A stretch of 64,000 nt of DNA, taken from positions 2,852,001 through 2,916,000 of the forward strand of contig NC_134031.1 of NCBI RefSeq assembly GCF_964204645.1, written 5' to 3'. Shown here one piece after another: positions 12,201 through 25,773 of the stretch. The notes below the pieces were generated by a model, which did no database searches, was not told where the DNA came from, and saw only the letters and a list, made by a program, of their open reading frames with translations. Every line of letters begins with the position of its first letter. Position 1 is the first letter of the stretch. A program made the position numbers and the translations under genes. This DNA is from Tubulanus polymorphus (Eukaryota; Animalia; Nemertea).

Positions 12201-15200
12201 TTTTTAACAATTTTTCACATCAGTCTCACCCCCTGACTGATTAACATTTTCATAGAAGTGGTTGTATACGGTACCTGATCGTGTGAACTGCCGCTGCCGG
12301 TAGCGCGACTAGCCGCCGAACCGTGACTGTCAAACGATAAATCAGAAATATTGTCCGGAAAATAGGTCACATACTGCGTCTGCCTGGCCTGTAAATATAA
12401 CAACAACGATGACAATGAAGCAATTCGCGACCGATATCGAGAAATTTAATCCGAACAAATCGTTAATCGTACCTTCATAGTTTCCACGTCACGTTTCAAA
12501 ACGAGAGAATCGAATTTATCCAGATCTTTCGGCATGATAACAGTACGAACTTCTGAGAACAACGACGACTTTAATCATAAAACAAACAGAGAATCTGAAC
12601 TCATAACTGTGAAATAGGTCCTGAATATTAGATTATTAGTCAAATATTTTTTGACTTGAGTGGGTACCGGTAAGTGCATTCCGGACTGAGCTCAAATCGG
12701 ATCTTTTGGTACCGTCAAAATTTGTCGTAATAGAGACTGTGAGAACCGAGTTTCATGGTAAGTAGACTCCATTCGGAGTAGCTGATCGTTTATTTTATTC
12801 ACTGTTGGATATTTGCACTCTGGCAATTGGAACTGACTTCATAATAACTCTATATTTGCCAACTACTGATAGTAGCAACTGGGAAGAAACATGTCAACCC
12901 CTGATTGAAAACTGTTTGAATATTTACCTTCGCGTGTGTATTTAAAAGTTCGAACAGCGCTAACATTAACGAATCAATTGTAACGTGTTCTCTTTGATAT
13001 TCGGTTAAATAGTAACGCAGCGTATCGCGTTCCGTCTCGTTCAGAAGCTGCTGAGCCTGCGCGTCGATCATCGCCCATTGGCTACTCTTCGCGTTGTACA
13101 CCAACTGGGAACCGGCCCCTTTGGTAAATACGGGCTGGAAATATACGAAGCACGAATGAAATAATGTCCCCCAATTAAAAATGAACAAAATCCTGGTTTT
13201 GGAAACTTTAAATCTGTGAATAATATTTCATTCATCTGTAAATTGAGACTGCAATGTCTTGTCAGCAATTACTAGTATTGGTTATTTACTATTTCCTAAG
13301 TCCCTCAGTCATAAATATTAGGACCTTGTTCAACTTCCATCGGGCTACTACGAACAGATACATCTATTATTCATAACCAGAAACGAAACTCTGTCTCACC
13401 TCAGGAGCCATACTCTTTACATGATTCCTATCCAGGGAGCTATAACCATTCAGCCACCTATAAAACAGCCAACACATTTCATTTATTACCACTAAATTAC
13501 TGACATCTCAGAACTTACTACCATGAACCCTGGTAGCCCCAGTAGTAAGGCCAAGGCAAAGTCAGCACTTTAATGTACTTGAAGATGACTATTAGGATAT
13601 ACATGTAGTTGAAACGTCGAATTGATAAATTATTAGCTTGAAGGAAACTTTTCGGACTTCATCTTTCTCGTTTTATTAGTGTGGGATTCTCTATATATTC
13701 TAAAGCACTTTTTGATAGTAATAGTAAACACTTTTTAAGCACTTATGTAAGGCAAAAGTGACACTTTTCTCATCATTTAAGACCATGGTGGTCCTGGTCC
13801 TAATTGACCTCGTCCATAGCGCATTTGTTTTGAGCAGGACTCAAACCCACTTGCCACTCAGCACTGATAGTGGATGCTACAGCATCACACTATATCTCAC
13901 TGAACTACGGCGGCATTAAGCACTTCAGAAACTCACTATGAACCCTGTTGGGGTAATTATCTTGGCAATTACCCCAAGTTATTGGTAAACTCAATGAGTC
14001 GCAAGAAAAAGTAAGATGCTCTATTTCTCAAACCTTAGCTCTCCGACTTACATAGCTTTGCCGGCAGTTTTCACGGGTAGCTGCTCTTTCGGAATCCACT
14101 GAGTTTGATCGTACGTCGTACGAGCGTATGGCAGACGACCGACGTCTTTAATCGTCAGCATCATGTGTTTCGACGATTTGAGAACTTGCACGGCTTCGCT
14201 GTGGGAAATATCGAGAAAACTGCGACCGTTTACATCCAATATCTGATCACCGACCTACAACAAATGCAAATATATACCATTATCCAGCATTTATAAAAGT
14301 ACAGGGTACGGAATAAGTACAGTGAAATATTAAGGGACTCAAATTTTTTTGTTTAAATGAAATTTCTAGATTCAACAACATTTCTCGATTTTCAAATTTT
14401 TCAAATTTCGTTTGAAATCACAAGATCAAAAAGTAAAATTCCAACAAAAAGTTTTCCTCACAAAATTTATAATCTTTCTTTTTTAATTGGTGCAATTTTC
14501 ATGTCAAAATTACAAGAAAATTTTTTTCTGGATATTGGATCAGATTTTCTGGGATTTTCAACTAACCTTTAATCCGGCATTTTCCGTCACCGAAAACGGA
14601 TCAACGCCGGTGATGTAAACGCCTAAACCAAACTCATTACCGCCTCGGATCATCAGACCCAAACTATACCCATCTTTAACTACCACATTCACCTAGAAAC
14701 GATATCGAAATATCACGCTACGATTTTCAGACACACGCAGAGACCGAAAAAGAACGAGATAATCAGGAATTTGTCACGAAAAAATCAACCATTTAAAAAA
14801 CGATCGCAGACATTTCGCAGATGTTGCTGATATGAATGAAAGATCGATTACCCTGGATATGAGTGGACAGGTAATCAATACACAGATAGCTATAAACTGT
14901 ATCTCAATTATATCTCAATATACCATCAGTAAGGTGAAGCAAGTTTCATTTTCAAAATCTGACATTCTAAGATCTTCATTATTCGCACTCATGGGTCGTT
15001 ATAACGTAATTCTTAATGAAACCAACGTTTTCCTGGGAAAATACATCATTAAAACACCGTGTTGTCTATTCTTGGGAACCCAACAGCGGTGATATCAGAC
15101 TTGGAGTTTGACTGTACATAGAACCTTGCAGGGGCAGATTTAGGGTCTGCTTTAGGGAGGGGTGCATCCCCAAATAAAAAAGGGCCTTTCATATAATTAA

Positions 15201-18200
15201 AAGGGCACCAGGAAAAAAAAACTCAGCAGAATACATTTTTTGGAAATATAGAGAACAAAGAATTTAAACTTTTTTGGTATCAGTTTGATATTTCTTACTT
15301 TTCCCGTAAAATTTCTGGGCAACTTGACATTTCTAGGAGGTGCACATCCCCTGCACTGTCCCTTGGATACACGCCTGCCTTACATAGGCTACTTAAAGGT
15401 TTCAAAAGTCACCTAAATATTAGTTGTTTTAGTAGCTCTTCATAGCAACCGCCATGAATAGAACAAGTAAGAGATATCAGGACTCAAGAGCCAACTTGAA
15501 TAGTGGGCAATTGGGGTCTACCCAGATTATGAATTTTCCATACCCCTAAGTTACACTTATCGCAAATCTAGAACAGGCCAATGTAGGCCTGTTCAAAGTA
15601 AGTAAATGCCTATTATCAAAAGTTTCCAGGGTCTGCAAAAAATATTCCCATTTTCAAAGACTTTCCCAAGACCCACAAGAACCCTGTTATCCCGATTGTA
15701 ACTGACTGCGGCAGATATAGGGTCTGATTTTGGGAGGGGTGCATCCTCAAAAATAGGGCATATATAATATATAAAAACAACTCATTTTCACAACACATTA
15801 ATCGCAATTAAACACATCGCAAACTTTGAACAGGCCAATGTAGGCCCATTCAAAGTAAAGTAAATGCCTATTCAATAGCTTTTCCAGTACGGGCAAAAAA
15901 TGTTCACATTTTCAAAAACTTTCCCAAGACCCACAAGAACCCTGTTATCCTGATCTGTAACTGACCGCGGCGTTACCTTTCGTTCGTCGCTGTCTTTCAG
16001 CAGCATTAAACCACTTTTACGTTCGCCCTTCGATTCGTATCGCGACGTCTTATCGATTTCGGGCGGCGGCGGCACCGCGCGACCTTGAGGGTCGACCCAC
16101 GTGTACGTCTGGTGTACGGTGAACGAACCGGGAATTCGACCGACGCTTTTCACGACCAAATCCAAACGATTCGCCGATTTTATTATCTGTGTAGAAAAAT
16201 GAGAAATATGATTCGCTTCAGCGGGCGAATTTCACGAAGTTTTAGCCTCGGATCTCGAAGCGGTGCTTGAAGGGGCTGCATTCATTGTGAAGTATATGAC
16301 ATATGACATCGTTGCTGCTGAAGTGCTTATATAAGAGTATATTTTGGTGTTATCTTCTATTGCTACATTAGCTCGATATATTTCAAAGCAATTATCGGCA
16401 TTCATAGAATAGCCACACCGGTAGGGGGAGATTTTTTATAAGGGGTGGTTGATTTTCTGAGGGCGTGGACATAAAAATGAAAGGGGTAGTAGCCCCTCGA
16501 AAACCCCTCGTGGAGAACACTGACTTGAACCCGTAAATTTTCCTGGAAGGAAGCCTTGATTCTGGGGCAGATAGAGGCCTGATCATGGCAGTATCTCAGT
16601 ATTCTGAATTTGGTCGATTTTTTGCCGAGATAGGCCTATCAAAAATTGAAAAATGAAACTATCCCCGATTTATGAAAGAAATTGTTTAATTCATTTCTTT
16701 CTTGATGTTTCTTGATTAGAAACTTAAATCAAAGGTAAACTAATCGACGAACAACTGTTCAGTCGATAGAATGGATATCAGTACACAATACAAAAATCAC
16801 TTGAAATGAAATCTATTGTTTATCGGTAAAATATACCGCGATAATTCACAATGATATTTCCTTGTTCTTGTTTCTTTTTAATTGCACGCGGCAGCACTTT
16901 AAATAATTCATCCTAATTCAAATAGCTATGAATTCAATTCTTTCGAATATGTACCGGTAATTGCATCGCACGGAAGTAGCGTGTCACAGGCTAAAACCAG
17001 TTCTCATCAATTATTCATTAATGTATTATAACTCATGAAATAGCTTGAGATATATGTACATATATATGTTCGTATTTCGTATTTCCAAGGCCGCAGATAT
17101 AGTGTTCAGCGAAAAAATAATATTAACAAAAAAAAATCTTTTGAAAAAATGTATCATAAACAGAAACGAAACCCCCCAAAAAATAATTTTAACACATGAA
17201 AACTATGATTTAACTTCATTCTATAAAATTTTTCCCAAACTTCTCCCCGACTTTTTATTTAGCTTGTTTTACAAAATTCACCGCCTTTTAAATAAAAAGA
17301 AGAGAAATTCTCTGATTTTCACCCTGGCTAGTGTCACGGAGAGCGGTTTAGAAATTGAATTTAATCAGAAATTCAAACATATGAATATAATCATAATCAC
17401 AGGCAAAGGTATCAGCTGGTGTCTTTGACCTATCAGCCTAAATTCATCGCTCAATTCAAATTGATTTATCGCAGCACCGGTTTAGACCTCTCTATATCGG
17501 ATCAAACCAGGTGGCAATTTAAACTGCATTTATACCGAACAAATTACTCAATAAAAAGGAATTTTAATTTGTAATTTAAATTTTTCAAGAGTGCACCATA
17601 TTTTTAGCTTATATCATCAAAGTGTACGTGATTTATTTAGCATATATATGATTTTAGAAATGAATTTCAAATACTCTAATATGCTAAACTATGACATACT
17701 TCATAAGATGGCCTCAGGCCTATGCAAAATTCCTATTCATTTATTCTATCTATTTTAACTACTGCCACACTGCTATAGTTTTAACGCCTTTCGCGACTGA
17801 AATAATGTTGACAAATTTTCAAGGACGTTTACGTAGAGCTTCGAAATATTTCCGAGGAGCCATCTATAACCGGACTGCCGTTCAAATAAATGTGTCGATA
17901 ACAATTGATTCGTAATTGACTCCGTATAAAAATGTGGCTCAAACTACGACAACAAGGTATACACAGAGAATCCCTAGTGCGTGCCTGTGTATCACATCTG
18001 CTCCACGCGAAAATATGCCAGAGAGATCGATACAAGATATATTATAAATATATGTGTCGAGGCAGATGGTGAAATATTTTGCTTTGTGCGCGGAGTCGTG
18101 AGAATAATTCATTTTTCGAAAACAAAATATACATAAAACACGCGTTAGGAATTGGGAGTTAGCATTCGACGAAGGAACCAAAAAAAATAGAAAATTGCTT

Positions 18201-20454
18201 TTCAGTTTCACTGTCCCAATATTCAATATGGTGAAAATTAAAATAACTTAAAAACTGCCTTTCACTTTCACTGTCCCAATATTCAATAACGTGAAAATCA
18301 AAATAACTTTAAAATTGCCTTTCACTTTCACTGTCCCTATATTCAATATCGCGAAAATCAAAATATCTTTGTGATATGGTGTCTTTTGTTTATAGTTTTT
18401 ATTGTACGTTTTATTGAAACGCAGTGAATTGCAGTATCAAGAATGAAACGTGTTTAAGCGAAACTCTAAATTCAGATAACACCAAAATCAAAATAACTTT
18501 CCTCTAAACACGGCATCTAAATGCAGTCCAGTTTCATAAGAATGGGCCAATATTGTTCATCATCATCAGAGTAGCTACTTTTCCTGACTATTTCCTGACA
18601 TGCACACGTTGTTTTCCCCGACTTGACCTGCTAAGAATCCAATCAATTACCACTAGTCAAATACGTAAGACAGACGGATACTGTCTGATTTTATGCACGA
18701 TCTTATCTAGCAACTCAACAAATTTCCCTGACTTTACAGCTTTACAACAGCTTTTGCCTGAATTGACAAAATTCCCTGGCTATTTCCTGACTTTTTTTAA
18801 GAAAAGAAAATCCAACACTTTTCCCTGATTTCTAGGTATTAGTGGCCACCCTGGTCATTATTATGATTAGTTTGACATCGATCTGAAAATATTTCAAATC
18901 GAATTATCAATTCATCCGCTGATGACAGTTAATCTCTATAGATGTAGAATCCACTGGCTAACTGCCAATTACTGTGAAGTGTGTGAACTGGGCGTTGGAG
19001 GCATTATTGCGTATTATAGTATGAACAATATTTAATCAGAAGTAAACACAGAGAGAATGGAAATTAAATTGTCGAGTGTGGATTTTATATCATTTGCACC
19101 TGTTATCATCGCACAGTACATCTAGCATTCGTTAACGCAATCGTATTCATATATATCCTAGACCTATAGGCCTTTACATAGGCAACAAGAACATCTTCAT
19201 TCTACAAGTGAACATTCGAAAATATGCCAAAATATGCCAAACGCCCTTAAAACATTTTGTCATCTCAATGATTATTTTTTTTTGAAGTTCGTTCTTCAAT
19301 ATTTCTTCTAGAATTCTAACGTTGAAAATGAATTATTTTCACAGCTCGATCGGCCGAACATTTTTTCAACATAAGTTTTCCTTTTTTTTCTACAGTAGAC
19401 TCCTCCTAAATCGGTAATGTTTTAAACCATCGATTCAGTGGTTTTGTTTAAACGAATTTTTATCGTTTACGAAACCAAATGCGGATTCGAATTCGAAAAC
19501 CACCAAAATTTAAAGGAAAAACCTGGTCCCAACTGTATTGATTTAGGTGTCGTGTACTGTACAACTAAAAACTGCCTATTTCTCATTGAAAGAGTTTGAA
19601 AGGAGTTTTGGGCATTTTGCTAAAATCAAAGGGAATTTCATTCATTTTGAAGGAGTTTTTAAGGAATGAAGGAGTCGTAGGGACTCCGTAGATTGACTCA
19701 CCTTAGCGGCTTCATCATGCGTGATATTATCGAATGGAATATCGTTTAAAACGATAATTTGATCACCGGACGCGAGTCCTTGTCGATACGCTAAACCGTC
19801 CGTATCGACGATTGATACGTAGATACCGATACCGTGTTCGGCGCCGCCGCGGATACTGAACCCTAACGACTCTGACTTTTTCGGTCGAATTTCGACGCAC
19901 TTGATTTCGGCGTCCTCGGCGCCCTGTAAACTGGGTGGGTGTTGTTTCGGTTTTTGTCGCGCGCGGTATTTCGACGGCAGCGTGCGCGAGTGGTTGTTCG
20001 GCGCGGGTCGCGCGCGCCCGCGCGTCGGTAACGTCGACGCACCGCCGCCGCGAGGTGGCGCCGCCTGCTTGCGCGGTAACGACTGGTATAAATCGTCGTA
20101 TAAATCCTCATCGACGACGTGTTTATCGAACGAGGCGATGTCGCCGGTCGGGATGACTTTCCTCAATAACGCGATCAGACGTTTTTTCGCCGGCGTGTCC
20201 AGTAAAATCTTCAACATTTGCACGAACTCGTAAACGTTGCGTCGCGCGCGATACTCGTTTAACGAATCGATGAAATCCAATCGATCGCGTTCGTTGAATA
20301 GATTATTAACGGCTTCCTGTAGCTGTTGGACGTTCGACGACAGACCACGCGGCGATGATTTCTGTCCCGCGCTGCGAGAACCGCTAGTCCCCGCGCCGCC
20401 GGAGTTACTCCCGCCGTAAGATGAAGATAGATGAGACATTTCTATCCGATCCAT
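4592..20454 (-). CDS. WHRN: Whirlin/PDZD7-family scaffold (HHD1-PDZ1-PDZ2-HHD2-PDZ3), multi-exon. Exons include 19702-20454, 15977-16186, 14567-14692, 14052-14254, ~13400-13457, ~12928-13135, ~12472-12570, ~12272-12389, several at 9.3-11.8 kb, ~6618-6671, 6074-6217 or 5549-5644, and 4592-4786
   Basis: PDZ1 SLGFSIRGGAEHGIGIYVS; VGRIPG..TYTWVDPQGR linker; PDZ2 LGLMIRGGNEFGLGVYITGVD; HHD2 LFELLNTHAK; PDZ3 PTLGIAIEGGANTRQPLPRII.IQ/PGGSAH.SGGLKVGHVLLEVNG. All are whirlin hallmarks, and the junctions I checked are phase-consistent GT-AG. Confidence 0.9.
5246..5413. mobile_element. Small MITE with GAGGTCATTCATTT termini, containing an 11-bp tandem repeat (ATTGATCATGG x5)
   Basis: Inverted ends GAGGTCATTCATTT / AAATGAATGACCTC; a related element lies at ~32850-33006. 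Confidence 0.55.
5549..5644 (-). CDS. WHRN: Alternative (duplicated) whirlin PDZ3 N-half exon KVIIKKCRTTLGIAITGGAKSREPIPKVVEIE
   Basis: 96-nt phase 0/0 exon (tttcgcag|...GAG|gtatat) homologous to exon 6074-6217. Confidence 0.75.
6243..6293. repeat. (AAT)n microsatellite
   Basis: Direct reading of the sequence. Confidence 0.95.
8295..8350 (-). promoter_or_regulatory. RFX X-box (GTTGCTAGGCAAC, 8338-8350), X-box-like site (8303-8313) and TATAAAA (8295-8301, minus strand): candidate internal whirlin promoter
   Basis: Near-perfect palindromic X-box, followed on the minus strand by a TATA box and then an ATG-bearing exon (~7666-7772). Confidence 0.5.
10805..11110. repeat. 20-bp minisatellite (CAGGCTATGTATTTATGAC[C/T]), ~15 copies
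   Basis: Direct tandem repeats in a whirlin intron. Confidence 0.95.
15560..15972. repeat. Local direct duplication of ~155 bp (15560-15712 / 15817-15972)
   Basis: ATCGCAAA...GAACAGGCCAATGTAGGCC...CCCACAAGAACCCTGTTATCC...GTAACTGAC.GCGGC occurs twice. Confidence 0.8.
18190..18365. repeat. ~60-bp tandem repeat x3
   Basis: TTTCACTGTCCCAATATTCAATA...GAAAATCAAAATAACTT repeated at a 60-bp period. Confidence 0.85.
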
Positions 20455-21222
20455 ATTATCATTCTGAGCGTTGGATGAAAATGTCCTGGCATTCTTTAAG
20501 CGGCCGTCCTAAATACTTATACACCTAAAATAATAAGAAAACTTCTTTTAGTTTCAGCAGGCAAAGCTCATAACCTGGCTGTCTACAATAGAACTAGTTC
20601 TCTGAATCCCGCATCATAGCTTAAGACTTATTATCCTGGTTTTTATATAGGCCTACCAATCCTATGGCGTGGTTCGTGAAAATACTGGTTATTTAAATCT
20701 GGTCATTATTGTCTAATGTCTATTTCACCTTTGCTCGGTTAAAAAATCAATGCGTTAGCTCAACTGCCCATCTGTACTGGTCCTTTTTAGACGGAACCTA
20801 TTTAGGTACGTACTAATACTAAGACTGAGGAGCCAGCGTCCAGGGAGGCCACCCGATGTCCTCTCAAAAGCATTGTTGAAATAAACATCAGTCGTTAGTA
20901 CTAAAAGTACCATATAAGATCATCTAGCTCATCTTGAATTCAAATAACCTTGGATTAAAGCAACTGAAAATATAGGATCGCTAAAAATCCAATCAGGTCA
21001 GCGGTTACATCGTTTTCTTTCGGTACTTAGTACAATCGAGAGAAATGTCAAGTTGAGTTGTTCTCAGTTTGAGACCCGATTCACTCGTATCTCAATGGTT
21101 TTAAATCGTGATCCTAAATATATCGGATAGAAAATAACACGAATCTTACACTCACTCGTAGAAACAGTTCGAATAGGTGAATTCCGGGTCGTAAAAACGA
21201 TTCCACAAATAATGCTGTCATT

Positions 21223-21266
21223 GCAAAAGGTTGAAAGCCTGTTTTGGTCGATGGCTAGTGACGTCA
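21223..21266 (+). repeat. Left TIR of the MULE, ending in CRE palindrome TGACGTCA
   Basis: Reverse complement of 30914-30957 with one mismatch. Confidence 0.95.
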
Positions 21267-22892
21267 TCAAGATCGCCTTTTTGTTACTCCCACAGCTAAA
21301 CAACTCACTTTTAACGGTTAACCGCTGAATTTGAATTTGCTGTCAAGTGTATTCTTGCTGGCTGTCGATTAAAAGATTGTGAATCATGTTTTCCGAACGT
21401 GTTAAGCTTGTCTCCGGACCAGTTGGTGGGAATATTGGTTTGAAAAAAGAGGTAGATTGCAAGATTATAAAAAACTCACTGGGTAACACTGGTGAACGCC
21501 GCGAGCATCGTGCACGGTGGTGCAGGCGAGGCGTCGCGACCGCGCGGCGGCAGGGCTTTTTAATTTTGGCTTTTGCCAGTTTTGGAGTCTTGTTATTGCC
21601 ACCACGGCCACGTTACCACCACACTCACATTGTCGCTAGGCCTACTGTACTGCCACTACTTTACTTGCTACTTACTCGGCTAAATTAATTTGTCTTCATC
21701 CACGCTTACTTCCCCCCTCCCCCCCCCCATGTTAACAAGTAATTTCTGCCAACCGAACCACCAGTCGCAGTAGCCGTAGGCAGTATACTATAGTGCAGTA
21801 GTGGGTACCCAGTGGCATGCCATTGCCATGCCACTGGGTATAGGCCTATGTTGCCCGTACACAGTCACCACCTAGTACTAGGCCTTAAATATTCCAACAA
21901 CCATTCCAAATCCAGCAACAAAAAATAAACAATAAATTTTAAGGCCTCGAAACAGAAGAATGGTAGTTCCCTGTATTCAGAGTCAATGAAAATGTATTTC
22001 TTGTTGCAGATAGATAGCCTAACCAATTTCAGGATAAGTACTTTTCATTCCTTTATTTATATACGTAGCCTAACTGTTTAATCCTGGCCCTGGCCACTGA
22101 GGGTGTATGCATTAGGTCTGGTCCCAGTTTCACTGAGCTAGTTAGCCAACAATTAAGCTGAGAAATTTTGTTAAGTGGCAATTCAGGGGCAGATCAGGAG
22201 AGTATACAGGGGTGTACACCCCTTAAAACTTTTAAGTTGCACTGAAATTTAAAGGGAAAATTAAAAATATCAACAAGTATTTTTAAAAAGCTTATATTCC
22301 AAAACATGTTCTCTGTAGGCCTACTTCCAAAATATAGGTATTATGTTTTCTGATGATCTGGTGCCCTTTTGATTTTTAATTATATATGATACTGATACCT
22401 ATGCCCTATTTTGGGCTGCACCCCTCCCTGAATCAGTCTGCCTGCAATTAAGAGGATGTTTATAGATAATTTGATTTAGAGGAATCTTTTAATTTAGTGC
22501 CTGATGTTAGGCCTTCCACAGCCTGGTAGAGGTGGTTTAGGTGAACAAGTTAGTCTTTACACTGCAGGACTTTTAGGTGAAGGTGAAACTGGCCCTTGTT
22601 TATGCATAGGCTACTGTGTGTGCACGCTTATCTTTATGCTTATTCAATTAGAATACCCATGTAGCTACCAAATAAGCACCGCTTCAGAGGATTTTAGAAA
22701 TTTTCACTTCAATAACACTGTGTTCTATTTTTGGGCACTAGCTACTATTATGCACAATTTTTTCAATCAATTCTATCACATTGATATACATATATGTGTC
22801 ACTTCTTTTGCATATAGTAGGGTCTTACCAGTGTGCTCTCTCACACCTCCCTGTGATATTGGCCTGAGACTGACAAATAATCTTTTTTGTAG

Positions 22893-25773
22893 CGTATTGG
22901 TCTCGTAGCAGACAGCATTTTAAAGTATGCTGGGCTAGATGGTGTAGGCTTATTTGAATGGACAAGGATCGTGTGCCCCGGAGGAACCATTGAAACATTG
23001 ATGGAAGGTAATTTCTCGGTTCAGTACTGATTTATATTGTTCATTTTCATTGGGTTACTGATTAGTTGTATATTACAGAATTGAAAAAGGTGAAGATGCT
23101 GAATGTGGAACAACTAATCGTCCATGTTGGAACAAATAATATGACGCGTGATGTCCCGCTTGAGATTGTTCTGCGAAGACACGTTGAATTAATTCGATTG
23201 TTGCTCTATAAATGTACTGGGACCATCATTGTACCAGCTCTTTTTCCTCGATGTGATGAGTAAGTATCAAGAATAGATTTTTCTTGAAGTACTATATTTA
23301 TGATCGATGTAATGATTTTTAAATTTCTTTCTTTTTTAAAGTTTCGATGCTGACACAAAGATATTTCATTACAATGAAATGCTGCACCGCGAATGCTTTA
23401 CACTTGGTGTAAAGTTCGTTGATTTTCACTTCTCAAGAGATCTCCTTTCACCGTAAGTAATCGTTTAATTTTAATAAGCCCAGTAGGTTATGTGCATTTT
23501 TTCGCGATTTAAACTAACTTGTTTTTTTCTAAATTTTGTGATCTAGGACTGACTTGTTACACCCCAGCCGTAAGGGAAATCAGTTCATAAATAACAGGAT
23601 AATGGAACTACTGCTATTGAAAAATGAAGATGAAATGTACGTAGAATTGCATTATTTTATCCAATTACCAGGTATGCAAACTACATAAATTTTATGATTG
23701 TACTGGAAATAATGAATGATTCTTAATCAGGTGCCCTCAATACTTTCCATATGAGATTGAAAAGATGCAAAGAAGTAGAGCAGTCCATCGACGAAAGGTA
23801 ATCATTTAGCATTGATATCCTAGAAAATGAATGATTTGCAATTAGTTTTTATAACTTGAATACGAAACCACTTTATTCAAAATCCTTGCATTGAATTAAT
23901 GAATCATATTGATAGCTGATAGCAAAAAACAAATTGAAGGATGATCAAGCAAGAGCATGGGATGATTCAACAATAGTGGTAAAGTTGTTTTCCTAAGTGA
24001 TTTGTACGTGATTTATCTTTATAAAGTTAGATATATTTTAACAGTTTTTTGTATCCTTCAATCCAGTATAGCAGTTTTGACGTTGCACATCATACGAGGA
24101 AACAATTCTGTTGTGAAGATCAAAGAGCCTTTTTCACATTCGACCAGGTACATATCATCTCAAGAACTTATGATTTAATATTAGTTTGGTCACTTTTATT
24201 TCACAATTACCTAAAGGCTGTGCATGCACAAATCTGTCTTTTTTTCCAGTACATGACTAAAATTGATGTGGCTGGTGTTGCTATTTGTTTAAAGCCTAAA
24301 TTATTTACTCCTTTTTATCAGACTAAGAACGTGAGTAATATGTTTCTCGAAATGAAATTATAGAAATTCATTGGTATTGGTATGATTTATGCTGTAAAGC
24401 TTTGTTTTTATATTCAGGGATGCTACAATAGAAGTTGTCACAATACTAAAAGATTTAACAGAAAAAGGAAGTCAGTGGAACATGTAAGTTTGATGCCCTT
24501 TCTGCGAGACGCGGGTTCATTTTTGTTATTTTTGCTTAGATGTTGAAGCAAAAACAGATTAATGTGCTCTTCCACATTAGGTTATTCATCCACAGACGGA
24601 TCCTGCTGACTCGACATGTTTTTGCGGAGTTGAATTCACCAATTGGAAAGATCTTCTAGACCATGTTAGTTTAAACCATACTGAAATGTAAGTACAACAT
24701 AATTCAATTATTTTAGTACCTACAAATCTAAATGACTTAATGCAAATGACTCAGAGATACCCATGTTTTATGTTAGGCCTATATGGGTAATTTCATACTC
24801 TATCTATTGATATGTCTAAAAAAAGTGAGTTGATAATGTGTATTTCAGGCGGACAATGGAGGAAGAAGGAAAGGACGCGGCTTGTGACAATTTCTCGGAA
24901 GGAACGATAGAGGAAGCAGAAAAGATGCAGGAAGATAGTTCGAAAGAAAGGATAGAAAGATTAAAGATGCAGGAAGATAGCTGGATGGAAAACAAAAAAC
25001 AGCTAAGTATCACAGGTGGTGGAGGTATCGAACCAATCATAATTGATGATAGTGATGAGAATGATTCTGATGATGAACATGTATGTAGAAGAAATTTTAG
25101 TTACAATCCAACAGAAATGTGCCTCAATGACTATCAGTTTTTGAAAATTCCTCCTGTTATGCCATCAAAGGTCACGTCATTCAGAATTTGTGACATGTCT
25201 AATTCATGTCATTTGGCTGATGATGCCCCCACTATGCCCCACAAAAATCAGTTGGAGGACATAAAAGCACAGATGCAGTCAAGGATTGTCCGTGACCCTT
25301 CCATTAATATCCATGTGAGACTCGATACAGGCTGCTATTCTATTGATCAGATTAATAGGTTTCTTTTCTTACATTATGCTAAAACCAAACAACAAGATCT
25401 TTTTGCCATGAATCTTTGGGTAAATAGTAAGCCTTTAAGCCCCACTGATTCAGTCGATTGGGAACAGATTCAAGCATTTTCAAATATGCTCTTTTCCTTA
25501 AAACCCTCTCAACAATTTCCAGTTGGTAATAATAATAGCGTATCTGTATCAGAACTTCAGACGATGACTAATCAAAAATGGTTTGAAGGATCTGTGTTAA
25601 ATGCTTTTGCATCTATGATAAATGATCCAATACACCATGTAAAGACGAAAAATGTAATCATCCATCTGAATTCTATATATTTAATGATGGCAATGGTTTT
25701 TTCAGAATCAAGCCATGTTCATCAACATCTAGATTTTGTCCTTTTGTACAACATGATAAAGATGCAAGTCTAA
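22893..25773 (+). CDS. Transposon-borne spliced ORF, 5' part: SGNH/GDSL hydrolase, C2H2 finger, acidic linker, start of Ulp1/C48-like protease. Exons 22893-23007, 23079-23259, 23342-23452, 23547-23636, 23731-23797, 23916-23978, 24067-24147, 24250-24330, 24418-24483, 24581-24687, 24849-(25625/25773). Tentative upstream exons from ATG 21386
   Basis: Ten consecutive GT-AG introns keep one stop-free frame. Motifs: LVADSI (block I Ser), CPGGTI (block II Gly), VHVGTNN (block III Asn), TDLLHP (block V DxxH); CFCGVEF...LLDHVSLNH; SVSELQTMTNQKWFEGSVLNAF (Ulp1-like L..L....WL....IN). Confidence 0.78.

Noticed and set aside
17829-18226. Minus-strand ORFs in the whirlin intron as an alternative first exon
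   Set aside because: No recognisable homology and no convincing phase-compatible donor; cannot be supported without transcripts.
19863-20419. Several overlapping GC-rich ORFs
   Set aside because: Shadow frames and antisense of the CpG-rich first coding exon of whirlin.
24838-25773. 311-aa ORF as a stand-alone gene
   Set aside because: It starts at a splice acceptor (24848/24849) in phase with upstream exons, and its last ~48 codons are an off-frame read of the transposase region.
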